Origin: Candidatus Poribacteria bacterium
Lineage (GTDB): Bacteria; Poribacteria; WGA-4E; WGA-3G
Assembly (NCBI GenBank): GCA_965215265.1
Contig: OZ244048.1
Location: forward strand, 2,141,743 to 2,205,742
Length of the DNA stretch: 64,000 nt
Direction: 5' to 3'
Positions 30,812 through 41,142 of this stretch are shown here, in pieces. Position numbers and translations under genes: made by a program. Under the pieces are notes generated by a model, which worked only from the letters and a program-made list of their open reading frames with translations, had not been told where the DNA came from and made no database searches. Position 1 is the first letter of the stretch. Each line of letters starts with the position of its first letter.

Positions 30812-31159
30812 TCAGTTTTCGCTACCTAATTCTGAGACCGCAGCATCTTCCGTGTCATAATGTTCAAAGATACTAACGAGCCGGCTTCGGACAATCAGGT
30901 TTTTGATGTTTTTCCCAACGTTGATAACCCCAATCCTTCCACCTTGTCGTTTTGCCGCCACATGCGCACCCATCAGTGTACCCAAACCAGAACTGTCCAT
31001 CATTGTGACCCGGTTAAAATCTATCAGAATCCGTGGTGCCTCACTGTCATTGATCTGAGCTGTAATAGTTTCTCGTAACTCTGATACAGCAGCACCCATT
31101 ATTTTCCCCGTGGGTTCCAGAATGGCGACACCATCCTTTTGACGAATTGTCGTTGACAT
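30812..31159 (-). CDS. STAS-domain anti-sigma-factor antagonist
   Basis: RBS AAGGAG. …FNRVTMMDSSGLGTLMG…. Confidence 0.7.
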   Translation of the reverse strand: MSTTIRQKDGVAILEPTGKIMGAAVSELRETITAQINDSEAPRILIDFNRVTMMDSSGLGTLMGAHVAAKRQGGRIGVINVGKNIKNLIVRSRLVSIFEHYDTEDAAVSELGSEN

Positions 31160-31450
31160 GAATTGTCTCCTTGTTCGATAGCTGCGTCATGAATCAGTAC
31201 CTGAAAATCTTGATGAAAGTGATATAACCTTTATTCAAGCATCAGCCATCGCGCTATTAAGTGATGTAACAAATTTGAAACTGAGAATCACTTCATCTTA
31301 TCTCTTAATTTTACAAAGTTTTTTATTATTTGTCAAGATCTTTTTCAGTCTCATTTACTCTCATTTTTTAGAACGCTTGTCGTCAAACAGAGTAATAAAA
31401 AAAGTCTGCAAACTCCAAAAAATAGCGGCCAATGAGTCCAGTTGATTTAG

Positions 31451-31479
31451 TTGACATATTTTACAAATTCTGTTAATAT
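31451..31479 (+). promoter_or_regulatory. sigma70-type promoter (TTGACA, 17-nt spacer, TAATAT) for the TPR gene
   Basis: Consensus -35. Confidence 0.45.
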
Positions 31480-31545
31480 TTAATTACATAGTTTGCAAAG
31501 CGATATTACAACGCCAATTAATATGCATGTTTGGAGGAGAAACCG

Positions 31546-32784
31546 ATGAAAAAGTTCATAATCGCAGAAATTTGTGTCATTGTTGCTCTAGGTGGTGGGT
31601 TTTGGCTCGGACGAATTACAAGCACTGACAACAGTCACTTGCAATATTACAAAAATGCTGACCAAGCATGGGCTGCAGTTCAAAAAATTGACAGCCCGCC
31701 GATCCCGCTAGATGAATCGGATCAAAGCCGCATCCTCAAAGCGCGTGCTGGATACCGCGCAGTTTTTGAGAAATACCCAGACAGCCTCTGGGCAGACGAT
31801 GCCATGTATCAACTCGCCTCACGTTTCACACGAACGGATGAGGAAGCATTCGCTTTGTTGCGGCGGCTAATCAATGATTACCCAGACAGCGAGTGGACAG
31901 ATGATTCAATGTACGCCATCGCTGTTGCTTACTATAGAATTGCAGAAGAACTAAAAAAGACAGACACCCTTGAGTCAATTGATGCATACTACGACAAGGC
32001 ACTCGCCCTTTTCAATCAGTTAATCACCATCTTCCCCGGCAGCATATTCGAAGAACAGGCACATTTTAATACCGCGATGTGTTACTACGGGAAGGGTGAT
32101 TTCAACACCGCCCTTGCTCAATTTGGAAATCTGAGCCAAGATTTGAGAAATAGCTCACTCTTTTATCAGATTTTGTACGTCACCGGCGAAATTTATTTCA
32201 AAATGCAGGACTATGAGAAGGCACGCACTGAATTTACTAACATCGTAGATTCCGGTGATCCGGACTTCGGACCGCTTGCCAGCTTTGGTATCCCACAAAC
32301 CTACCTTGCCGAAGGGAAATATGAAGAAGCAATCGCCGGATACCAAAAAGTCATAGCTCTCTATCCAGATGCACAGGTCGGACAAGATGCACACTTCTAC
32401 ATCGGCTGGGCGTATGAAAAACTAGAAAAGTATGATAAAGCAATCGCACAGTTGGAGGAAGCTATCGACCGATATCCGCGAAACGAGAACGCTGCCAACT
32501 CCCAGATTTACATTGGACAAATTGCATACGCTAGTCAAGATATGCCCAGCGCGATTAGTGCTTATCAAAAAGTTGCCGATAACAGGATGTACAATTACGA
32601 CAGCCGGCGACAAGCACAGTACTGGGTAGGGAAAATCTATGAGGAAATCGGCGATATAGCTCAAGCCGTCGTTTCCTACCGGAAATTAGTCGACAATTTC
32701 CAAGAACCGCATAGAGAGACATCGCACCCTTCAAATAGTATAGATGATACTTATATACAGAATCTAAAAAGCGAACGACTCTAA
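31546..32784 (+). CDS. membrane-anchored tetratricopeptide-repeat protein
   Basis: RBS GGAGGAG. N-terminal TM, then many TPR-like helices (…AL.LF..L….P.S…A.F….YY..G.…). Confidence 0.55.
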   Translation: MKKFIIAEICVIVALGGGFWLGRITSTDNSHLQYYKNADQAWAAVQKIDSPPIPLDESDQSRILKARAGYRAVFEKYPDSLWADDAMYQLASRFTRTDEEAFALLRRLINDYPDSEWTDDSMYAIAVAYYRIAEELKKTDTLESIDAYYDKALALFNQLITIFPGSIFEEQAHFNTAMCYYGKGDFNTALAQFGNLSQDLRNSSLFYQILYVTGEIYFKMQDYEKARTEFTNIVDSGDPDFGPLASFGIPQTYLAEGKYEEAIAGYQKVIALYPDAQVGQDAHFYIGWAYEKLEKYDKAIAQLEEAIDRYPRNENAANSQIYIGQIAYASQDMPSAISAYQKVADNRMYNYDSRRQAQYWVGKIYEEIGDIAQAVVSYRKLVDNFQEPHRETSHPSNSIDDTYIQNLKSERL

Positions 32785-33981
32785 CGCTTGACCCAAGTCG
32801 GCAATAATATCCTCGGCATCCTCTAAGCCAATTGACATTCTGACTAAACCGTCCGAAATCCCGGTTTTTTCTCGAATGTCGTGCGGCACTTGTGAGTGTG
32901 TAGTGGAGGCAGGATGGCAAACTAACGTTCGTACATCCCCTAAACTGACTGCCAGCGAGCAGAGCTGAAGCTGGTTCACAAACTGCTCACCTGTCTCCTT
33001 ACCCCCCAAACGTCCGGCTTTAAGTTCAAACGTTATAATGCCACCGAACCCACTCATCTGCTGCCTTGCAAGCTCATGTTGCGGATGACTTTGCAAACCA
33101 GGATAGCGAACCCAGGCAACACAAGGATGACCTTCAAGAAACACCGCAACGCGCACCGCATTTTCACAGTGCCGAACCCAACGAAGCGGCAAGGTTGGAA
33201 TACCCAACAGCGTTAACCACGCGTTGAAAGGGCTAATGACTGCCCCAAAATTGCGCAAAATGTTTTTGTTGGCAAGCCCAATGAACTCCTTCTCTCCAAC
33301 AATCGCACCCGCTATGACAGTGCCGTTCCCGCTCAGGTACTTCGTCATGCTATGAACGACTACATCAATACCTAACGTAATCGGTTGCTGCCCGCAAGGT
33401 GTCGCGAACGTATTATCGATAATTGAGGTTAAACCGTGTCTTTTTGCTATCCCGGCACAAGAACCGAGGTCTACAATTTTCAGTAAAGGATTTGTCGGAC
33501 TTTCAAGGTAAAGAACTTTTGTATCAGGCCGAATTGCTTTTTCGATTTTATCCGTATCTGTTGCATCCACAAAGGTTGTCTCAATACCTAGTTGCCGGAG
33601 GTCTTGGGCTAGCAGGCGGTGTGTCGCAGAATAGAGCGTCTCCATGGCCACTACGTGCCCGCCGCTTCGGAGTGCAGTGAGTAACGCTGTACTAACTGCA
33701 CCCATGCCAGACGCGGTTGCAAGGGCGGCTCCGCCTTCTTCCATAACAGCGAGTTTCTGTTCTAAGGCACACTGTGTTGGATTACCCCAGCGCGTGTAGA
33801 CATAGCCACTTTCTTCATTGATAAACGCTGCGGCACACTCCTCTGCCGTTGTGAACCGAAACGTGCTATTCTGATAGATAGAAGGCAGTAACGGAATCCC
33901 ACTCTTTTCTGAGGAGGAAGGCGGTTGTTCTCCAGCATGGATAGCACGGGTAGCTGTTCCTAATTTTTTCACCAATACCAC
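32764..33981 (-). CDS. PLP-dependent Cys/Met-metabolism enzyme (cystathionine gamma-synthase / O-acylhomoserine sulfhydrylase / Met gamma-lyase family)
   Basis: PLP-Lys motif SMTKYLSGNGTVIAG and family-typical blocks. 405 aa. Confidence 0.75.
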   Translation of the reverse strand: MVLVKKLGTATRAIHAGEQPPSSSEKSGIPLLPSIYQNSTFRFTTAEECAAAFINEESGYVYTRWGNPTQCALEQKLAVMEEGGAALATASGMGAVSTALLTALRSGGHVVAMETLYSATHRLLAQDLRQLGIETTFVDATDTDKIEKAIRPDTKVLYLESPTNPLLKIVDLGSCAGIAKRHGLTSIIDNTFATPCGQQPITLGIDVVVHSMTKYLSGNGTVIAGAIVGEKEFIGLANKNILRNFGAVISPFNAWLTLLGIPTLPLRWVRHCENAVRVAVFLEGHPCVAWVRYPGLQSHPQHELARQQMSGFGGIITFELKAGRLGGKETGEQFVNQLQLCSLAVSLGDVRTLVCHPASTTHSQVPHDIREKTGISDGLVRMSIGLEDAEDIIADLGQALESFAF

Positions 33982-34565
33982 TCCCTCTCTATTTTTAATT
34001 TCTCAACCGGATAGCCTTCAAGCTCTAACAATTGACATTTGCGCCATACGCCACTGTTATAACCACTTAATCTGCCGTTACTTCCGATGACCCGATGGCA
34101 CGGAATGATAATGTTTAGCAGATTTCCAGCAACCGTATTGCCTATCGAACGTGCCGCGTTCGGCCTCCCAATCTGATTCGCAATCCATTTGTACGTCCGC
34201 ACCTCACCATAAGGAATCTGACGAACTGTGTTCCAGACGGCATGCTGGAACTCTGTGCTGCCATCTAAACTTATCGATAATTCGGAAAAGTCGACAATTT
34301 CTCCTGTAAAATAGCGCGTGAGTGCGTCAAACGCCATGCCTAAAACCGGATCCGTCGGAATCGTGAAATACTTAGGCCGAGGGACATCGTCAAAACTAGA
34401 CTCTATAATACAATCTCCTAAGCGAGCAATCTGTAAAAAGCCTATAGGAGAGAAAAAGTAAAATTGGACGATGTTACGAAAATCTAATGATTCCGTTGAA
34501 TCCAGACAATCCGCATTCTGAGAGGAATCCTTTCTGAATTGACTTTTTAATTCTTCTTGTTTCAT
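33969..34565 (-). CDS. ogt: methylated-DNA--protein-cysteine methyltransferase
   Basis: Active-site IPCHRVIGSNGRLSGY (PCHRV). Confidence 0.85.
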   Translation of the reverse strand: MKQEELKSQFRKDSSQNADCLDSTESLDFRNIVQFYFFSPIGFLQIARLGDCIIESSFDDVPRPKYFTIPTDPVLGMAFDALTRYFTGEIVDFSELSISLDGSTEFQHAVWNTVRQIPYGEVRTYKWIANQIGRPNAARSIGNTVAGNLLNIIIPCHRVIGSNGRLSGYNSGVWRKCQLLELEGYPVEKLKIEREWYW

Positions 34566-34614
34566 TTTTTTTCTTGACCTCCACTACGGAGTAAAGTATG
34601 CTATATAGCAAACC

Positions 34615-34995
34615 ATGGCTACATTTAAAACACCAGACCAGCTCTATAGAGAGCTCGGGAAGCTGTTTGAACGCATTGCCACAGAACCGGAAGTCCAAGA
34701 ATCCCTGAAGTCTTTACGGCTGTGCGTTCGATTTAACTACTCTGAGCCGGACGCGACGATGACATTGAACGCGAAGGATGGCGAATACTCCATCATCTGC
34801 GGTGATTGCGATAACACCCCCGACGTTGAATTAACAATGACCGGCGAGGTCGCTTACCGATTCTGGACCGGCGAACTCAATGTGATAGAAGCAATTACCA
34901 AGCGAGATATCGAGGTTATTGGTTCGCTTGGTAAAATCATGCGTCTAACTCCGGTTCTTAAGACTGCTATACGTTATTTTCGTATAGGGCAGTAA
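34615..34995 (+). CDS. SCP2 sterol-carrier-like domain protein
   Basis: 126 aa with an SCP-2-like pattern (…LKSLRLCVRFNYSEPDATMTLNAKDGEYSII…). Confidence 0.45.
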   Translation: MATFKTPDQLYRELGKLFERIATEPEVQESLKSLRLCVRFNYSEPDATMTLNAKDGEYSIICGDCDNTPDVELTMTGEVAYRFWTGELNVIEAITKRDIEVIGSLGKIMRLTPVLKTAIRYFRIGQ

Positions 34996-35178
34996 CCTCA
35001 CATCCTCAGGCAATGACACCTGACATTAAAATCTCATTGGCAGTTATACGATTTCACTATTCTAATGACGAGCCGGGGCAGTGCCACTTGCAATTTTTTA
35101 GGTGAAACGTTATAATGATTGTGCCTAGATAAGTTCGCTGTCGATACATCGCTGCTTCAGTTCCATTAGGAGGTTACT

Positions 35179-35967
35179 ATGGTAGACAAGTTATCCGAAA
35201 CAGTTGAACCTTACGTTACACAATTGCGTGAAGAAGGTTGGTGCATCTTAGAGAATGTTATACCTGCCGATGTAGTTGATGAAGTTCGCGAAGAGGTCGA
35301 GACCTCAGAGCTGGACTACAATCAATTTACAAAAGAGAACGGCAGATGGACGCGCAATGTTGTCTGTTTTGTGCCACGTTTTGCACAATATTTAGCCGAT
35401 GAACGACTATTAACGGTGATTCGCACATTATTAGGGCCCCAAGTTCGCATCTCACAAACGGAATATAAGATTCGACCTCCGCATTATGAATTAGTGCGCG
35501 CCTACCACTCTGATTTCCCGTACGACCTGAACCAAAAATGGCACATTCCTCAGCCGTTCCCTCGTGCTGTTATTGGCATCACTACCCTCTGGATGCTATC
35601 CAAATTCACTACAGAGAACGGCGGCACTTGGATTGTTCCCAAAACCCATGTAGACCTCAGAAATCCACGCGGCAAAGCCGATAACATCGGAGATCGGAAC
35701 CCTATTCTGGGTGAAATCCAAGCCACCGGTGAAACTGGCAGTGTACTCATCATGGACAGCCGAATCTGGCATTCCAACGCGGAGAACCCAAGTGATAGCA
35801 AACGCACAGCTGTCGTGGTGAGGTATGCACCGTGGTGGTTGAATTTAGAACTGTTCGGCGTTAATACCGCAACGATCCCCGGCGACATTTTTGACACCTT
35901 CCCAGAAAATGTCAAACGACTTTATGAACACCGCGCCGAAAACAGAGAACCCACGCTCTGGATATAG
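35179..35967 (+). CDS. phytanoyl-CoA dioxygenase (PhyH)-family Fe(II)/2-oxoglutarate oxygenase
   Basis: RBS AGGAGG. HSDFPY…WHSN… H-x-D…H facial-triad context. Confidence 0.55.
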   Translation: MVDKLSETVEPYVTQLREEGWCILENVIPADVVDEVREEVETSELDYNQFTKENGRWTRNVVCFVPRFAQYLADERLLTVIRTLLGPQVRISQTEYKIRPPHYELVRAYHSDFPYDLNQKWHIPQPFPRAVIGITTLWMLSKFTTENGGTWIVPKTHVDLRNPRGKADNIGDRNPILGEIQATGETGSVLIMDSRIWHSNAENPSDSKRTAVVVRYAPWWLNLELFGVNTATIPGDIFDTFPENVKRLYEHRAENREPTLWI

Positions 35968-35990
35968 CACAAAACAAAGGAGGACCTCTC

Positions 35991-36419
35991 ATGTCAACAA
36001 CACTTGTACACATTGGTGTCCGAACCACTGATCTGGAAAAAAGCATCCATTTCTGGCGGGATGCGCTCGGCTTAACCGTCTTCTCAACCATGAACGGGTG
36101 TTACGATCTCACGGATGGCTATCACAACTTCAGAGTTTTTCAACACCGTGGACCAGAACGGCCCAAACACGTCGGCGGTATGCTCGACTATCTGCACATC
36201 GGAGTCCGTGTCCCTAATTTGCGCGAAGCCGCAAAACGGTGTGAAGAACTCGGCTTCACAATCACTTGGGAAGGTTTAGACGGGAGTAAACCTTACGACC
36301 CGAATTCCAACCAGCTTCCTTCACAAGCCTTTAAAGTCGAAGACCCCGACGGAATTGTCGTTGATATTACGCAACGAGACGATCAGTGGCCAGGGGTTGA
36401 ACTCCAAAGCCGGCACTAA
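35991..36419 (+). CDS. glyoxalase/bleomycin-resistance (VOC) family protein
   Basis: RBS AAAGGAGG. VOC-like beta-alpha-beta-beta-beta pattern with HIGVRTTDLEKSI…HIGVRV. Confidence 0.5.
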   Translation: MSTTLVHIGVRTTDLEKSIHFWRDALGLTVFSTMNGCYDLTDGYHNFRVFQHRGPERPKHVGGMLDYLHIGVRVPNLREAAKRCEELGFTITWEGLDGSKPYDPNSNQLPSQAFKVEDPDGIVVDITQRDDQWPGVELQSRH

Positions 36420-36441
36420 AAACACGCAATTCGCAGCGCCC

Positions 36442-36570
36442 GTGGTGGCGGGAAAAGGGAATCCCAGTAGGTGGCGAGTAAAAGGTAGTAGTGCGTCACC
36501 TTCAGATGACGCAACACTACCTATCTCGCCACTTTGCTATCCTTCAGAATAAAAAAGAAAACCGGACCCC
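36442..36570 (+). repeat. intergenic repeat family A, copy A1 (REP/MITE-like, modular, internally palindromic)
   Basis: Shares modules ggtggcggg, cccagtaggtggcgagtaaaaggta and acctatctcgccactttgctatccttcagaataaaaaagaaaaccggacccc with A2, and inverted modules with A4. Confidence 0.8.
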
Positions 36571-36613
36571 ATCAGTGGAGTTACTACCTTGAACTCCGCC
36601 TATATCCACGAAA

Positions 36614-37318
36614 TCACTCATCACCTCCACCTAACAGCCCTAACCGGAAGAGATAATAGACTAACGTGAGCAGACTTGTCACTGCCGCAGCGAGATAAGT
36701 TAAGAACGCAGCATTCAGAACCTTACTTGCGTGACGATTTTCTTCTGGCGTGAGCATGCCCGCTTCATCCATCGCAACTTTAGCGCGCCGACTCGCATCC
36801 CATTCAACCGGAAGCGTTATCAGTGAAAATACCACCCCTACTGTGAACAGTGCCACACCCAACAATAGAAACGGTTGAATAAAAAGTCCAACCATAATCA
36901 GGATATAGGAAAACATTGAACTGAAATTAGTCGCTGGCACAAGCGCGGTACGCAGACTGAGCATGGAGTAACCGTGTGCATCCTGCATGGCGTGCCCAGC
37001 TTCATGACAGGCCACTCCTATTGCTGATAGAGACTGGCTTGAATACACATCATCCGATAGACGAAGGGCTTTCTGTGACGGATCATAGTGGTCGCTTAGC
37101 CAGCCACTTGAACGTTCAATTCTCACACCGCTGATCCCGTGTCTATGCAACATCTGTGCTGCTGCTTGCGCACCCGTCATACCGCTCCGAGAACCGACTT
37201 GTGAATATTTTGAGAATGTTGACCTTGTGCGCCATGTTGCATAGAGAGACAGGGCAAACCCGGGAGCAATAATGATAAAATAGAGCGGATCAAAGAAAAA
37301 CATGATATACACCTCCAA
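36614..37318 (-). CDS. membrane-embedded putative neutral zinc metallopeptidase (HExxH)
   Basis: HEAGHAMQDAHGY zinc motif with N- and C-terminal TM helices. ~230 aa. Confidence 0.55.
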   Translation of the reverse strand: MEVYIMFFFDPLYFIIIAPGFALSLYATWRTRSTFSKYSQVGSRSGMTGAQAAAQMLHRHGISGVRIERSSGWLSDHYDPSQKALRLSDDVYSSQSLSAIGVACHEAGHAMQDAHGYSMLSLRTALVPATNFSSMFSYILIMVGLFIQPFLLLGVALFTVGVVFSLITLPVEWDASRRAKVAMDEAGMLTPEENRHASKVLNAAFLTYLAAAVTSLLTLVYYLFRLGLLGGGDE

Positions 37319-37330
37319 TTTTAGATTCCT

Positions 37331-37456
37331 GTGGTGGCAGGGAAAGGTATCCTAGTGGGTGACGAGTAAAAGGTTATCTTCTCTCATGGACAGAGAAAGA
37401 ATACCTATCTCGCCACTTTGCTATCCTTCAGGATAGAAAAAGAAAACCGGACCCCG
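37331..37456 (+). repeat. repeat family A, copy A2, a direct repeat of A1 on the other side of the metallopeptidase gene
   Basis: The last ~60 nt are near-identical to A1. Same orientation. Confidence 0.8.
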
Positions 37457-38012
37457 CAATTTGTCTTTTGTTTGTTAAAAGCGTGTAGATCTAATTAGTT
37501 TAAAAAATTATACATGATATCCTTGAGAAATTCAAATTATTTTTGTAATTTGCCAGAAGTAAGACTAAATGAGTTGAATCTCTCTTGCTTTGTCGGAGTG
37601 AACTTTGTAAGCACTGCTTACATTTTAGACAAACGAAAAAACCGAAGCATAGAAAAACGGATAATAGCGGAAAGGGGTGAGAGCTCATTCTTTCTCCTTG
37701 GTTCTGTGACATTGATGCTTTTCAAGCAACGTTGTCAACCAGTTTGCCGTTTCTCGCCTCAACACGGCAGAGCTATACGGGTGAAAAACTTTGGCAAAGT
37801 CCAGTTCTCGAATCGTGAGAACAACCACATCACTATAAATCCGCAACTCAAGCGAAAATAGACCCGTCCTATTGACACACTAAAAAATGCTTGGAACTTC
37901 ACTTAGAAATATGATACAATGATTCTCAGTCAACACGGAACTACAGTACTCACTTACCCCTTTTTTTTTCTGAGAGTCGTCTGTGTGTGATATTATTAGG
38001 GTTGTGTATGAG

Positions 38013-38175
38013 AAAAGGTGGCAGGAGAGGTATTCTTTATCTCTCCTTCAAGGAGAGATAAGATAACCTTTTATTTATAGATGGCGGGGATAAGGTATTC
38101 TTTGTCTCTCCTGCAAGGAGAGAGGAGTTCGGCGGGTGGGAGCCACCTGCCACCCACTGGGCGGAGCAACCTTTT
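38013..38175 (+). repeat. repeat family A, composite copy A3
   Basis: Contains gtattctttatctctccttcaaggagagataaga (13-bp palindrome) twice in variant form, plus cacctgccacccactggg. Confidence 0.7.
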
Positions 38176-38635
38176 CTGTTTCGACTTCTCTCGTTTTACC
38201 GAAAGCGGCAAACGCGACGCGAGCGCATTGAGGCGACACGTTTGCGAGACACTGATGGCTATCAGCACAGAGAGCAAGTGACGCAACGCCGGTTTTTTGA
38301 TAGCAATAGACTTGAAGATGTCTTGAAAACGGGTTATCATAGATGTTGGATTTACCCGGTTCGGGTATCTCTAACCCACGGCTTTTCTCACACGTTTACA
38401 AACAAAAACCTTTCACCACAAACCTTCAAAAAAAAAGGGTAAATGAGGCAGAAAAATACCTTGTATTCTTCCCGTCTTTGTGATATTATTTAAAAAGAGG
38501 CCTTGTCAACCGTTTTAGGGATATATCCGTTACATAAATTGCATAATTAGAATACAGAGATAATAGTATACTGAAGCTGCCTAACGCACATCTGCTCGTT
38601 TAAATTATATCCCTAATCCAGAAAGGAATAAAACC

Positions 38636-39436
38636 ATGTTCGCCAAAATCAACCGCATGCTCTTAAAATTTTTGACCTTGATGCTCCTCTTCAGTCCTTA
38701 TGGCTGTTATATTGACACCAACGATTCTGATGATAACGAACCGCCCGCCGTGCCGCGCGGGGTTAGAACCATCACAGGCGATGAACAAGTTCACATCGAA
38801 TGGTACCCCAACGCCGAACACGACCTCGCAGGATACAGAATCTGGCGCAGCGTTGATGGCCTCAATTTTGACGAATTACTCACCGAAACCTCCGCCGGAA
38901 CAATACGCTACACCGATACCGGTGTCCGTAACGGTTATACCTACTACTACGCCGTTTCTGCTTTCGACTTTGAAGACAACGAAAGCGGACTCAGTCCCGA
39001 AGACGCATGGGATACACCCCGGCCTGAAGGGCGAAACATTACCCTTAACAATTACCAACTTTCTCCGGACCGAAGCGGCTTTGATTTCTCACAACCCGAA
39101 AAGGGCAGCATTCCATGGGACGCGCCCGAAACAGATGTCTATTTAGGATTCGATACCGATGTTAACGTTACATATCTCTATTCTGATAACGATACGTTGA
39201 TGCAGGACCTCGGATATCACGAACATTTTGACGACGTTGATGTCGTACCTGAAATCGGGTACATAACCCTATTTGTAGAGTTAATTGAAGGACATATTTA
39301 CGCACTCTATACACCTGATGGAAACTTCGCCAAAATTCGAGTCCGACGACTTTCTGAGGATGATCTCGTTTTTGACTGGGCATACCAACTCGAACAGGAT
39401 AATGTACAATTAGCACCCGCACTACAGAAACCTTAA
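38636..39436 (+). CDS. secreted fibronectin type III domain protein
   Basis: Signal peptide. FN3 pattern …IEWYPNAEHDLAGYRIWRS…YTDTGVRNGYTYYYAVSA…. Confidence 0.5.
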   Translation: MFAKINRMLLKFLTLMLLFSPYGCYIDTNDSDDNEPPAVPRGVRTITGDEQVHIEWYPNAEHDLAGYRIWRSVDGLNFDELLTETSAGTIRYTDTGVRNGYTYYYAVSAFDFEDNESGLSPEDAWDTPRPEGRNITLNNYQLSPDRSGFDFSQPEKGSIPWDAPETDVYLGFDTDVNVTYLYSDNDTLMQDLGYHEHFDDVDVVPEIGYITLFVELIEGHIYALYTPDGNFAKIRVRRLSEDDLVFDWAYQLEQDNVQLAPALQKP

Positions 39437-39515
39437 TCGATAGATTAGAAAGTTAAAATTTACTTCATGGTGAGGACGGCGCCTCGCCATGAAGCGACAT
39501 TAAAAAGGAAGAACT

Positions 39516-40148
39516 ATGAAAAAACTCGAACGCGTTTTTTTGCTATCCGTAATACTCCTCACCGTATCTACAGTAGCGCTTGCAGCAACCGCAAATAATG
39601 ACGCTAACGCCCGTATTGACGACAAGAAACCTCAACAGGCACAACCGCTCGTCCCCGGTTATACTACTGATAAACCGCAAAGTGAGTCGACGACGTACCC
39701 GCTCTTTCGGACGCATGCACAGCGGTTTTATCCAGAATTGGACATCCAAAAAGCGACTCGGTTATCAATGTTCATGCCCGGCTTAGGACAAGCGTACGCC
39801 GGCAACTACAGCAAAGCCACCCTTTTTCTTGCATCGGAATTGGGAGCCTTCGCACTCGCAGGCTATAACATCGCTCGCGCACTGCATTACAACGCCCAGG
39901 ACGGTTTCGAAACAGGATTCCAAGATTCGCGAATCGGTGAATTCTTAACCGCCGACCAGGCACGCGTGCGTATGAGGGACCACACCCTCTTTGGGGGGCT
40001 TTTTCTCCTCACCGGCATCGGCATCCATGTATGGAATATCCTCGACGCACCCAAAACAGCAGATGCATATAATAATCGAAGATTTTCCCTGCAAATGCTA
40101 CAAACAGAGAGTGGGATACGTTCAATTATTTTTACGCAACGATTCTAA
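39516..40148 (+). CDS. hypothetical secreted protein
   Basis: Signal peptide MKKLERVFLLSVILLTVSTVALA. RBS AAGGAAG. Family unknown. Confidence 0.4.
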   Translation: MKKLERVFLLSVILLTVSTVALAATANNDANARIDDKKPQQAQPLVPGYTTDKPQSESTTYPLFRTHAQRFYPELDIQKATRLSMFMPGLGQAYAGNYSKATLFLASELGAFALAGYNIARALHYNAQDGFETGFQDSRIGEFLTADQARVRMRDHTLFGGLFLLTGIGIHVWNILDAPKTADAYNNRRFSLQMLQTESGIRSIIFTQRF

Positions 40149-40203
40149 TCGCACTTTTTCTTTACACGTGTAGTCGAAACACGCAGATTGGAGACTGTTA
40201 AAG

Positions 40204-41082
40204 ATGCCTTATCCTAAGCAATTAACACGGATTTTTTACGGCTTAATCGCCGCAAACCTAATTGTGACTATTGGCGCGCTCGCACAGCAAAAAACCGGAA
40301 CACGCGATGATGTTTTGACCAGTCTCGTTCAAACTGAAAACATCTCACCTGCACCCTTTCAGGTAGGCGAAAAATTCACTTACAAAGTCAAAATCCGCAG
40401 ACTACCCGCAGGAAAACGCACCGACCTGGTCGTCAAAAAAACACAATTGAACGGGAAAAACGTCTATCATATCCGATCCGAGGCAAAAACCCATTCTATT
40501 TTTAGACTTTACCACTTCCGCAATCAGCAGGAGACTTTTTTACAACGCAGCACACCGCTAACCGATATGGAAAAAGAGAGCACATCATCCACACAAAAAT
40601 GCAGCCGACTCCCCGGGCTCTCGCCAGTCCGATTCCAGAACCGGATCGAAGACCGGAAATATCGCGCAACCGTCACAGCAAATTTCGGCATAGACGACGC
40701 TATCGAATATCAGAAAACTTCGCGGTTAAATCCAAAATCACCACAAAAACGCGAAACAAAAGTACTCTCCATGCCCAACGGAACACAAGATGAACTCTCT
40801 ATGCTCTATTTTCTACGCAGCAAAAAACTCGCTATTGGGAAAACCTATTTTTTCCCGCTCTTGGCTCAGGGAAAGATCGTCAAGGTTAACATCACCGTCC
40901 AACGTAGAGAATCTCTCAAAACAAAGGTATTAGGGACGGTTAAAACCCTCGTACTGCACGCCTCAAACGGGTCACAACTCTGGTTGACAGACGACACACG
41001 ACGCATACCTGTCAAAATTGAAGCGCAAAGCAAGATTGGAAAAATGGTAGCCAATCTAGAAAAGGTAGAATTTGCAAAATAG
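40204..41082 (+). CDS. hypothetical secreted protein
   Basis: N-terminal signal-like helix. 292 aa. Family unknown. Confidence 0.4.
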   Translation: MPYPKQLTRIFYGLIAANLIVTIGALAQQKTGTRDDVLTSLVQTENISPAPFQVGEKFTYKVKIRRLPAGKRTDLVVKKTQLNGKNVYHIRSEAKTHSIFRLYHFRNQQETFLQRSTPLTDMEKESTSSTQKCSRLPGLSPVRFQNRIEDRKYRATVTANFGIDDAIEYQKTSRLNPKSPQKRETKVLSMPNGTQDELSMLYFLRSKKLAIGKTYFFPLLAQGKIVKVNITVQRRESLKTKVLGTVKTLVLHASNGSQLWLTDDTRRIPVKIEAQSKIGKMVANLEKVEFAK

Positions 41083-41142
41083 ACATCAGCAAAACTAACG
41101 AATAAATTGAAACCCAAAATAGCAACACTAAACCACAAACTA

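Noticed and set aside
37457-38635. 1.2-kb AT-rich gap with weak ORFs (37514-37861 and others)
   Set aside because: The ORFs have poor composition and no RBS. The region more likely holds regulatory DNA plus repeat A3, with no supportable gene.
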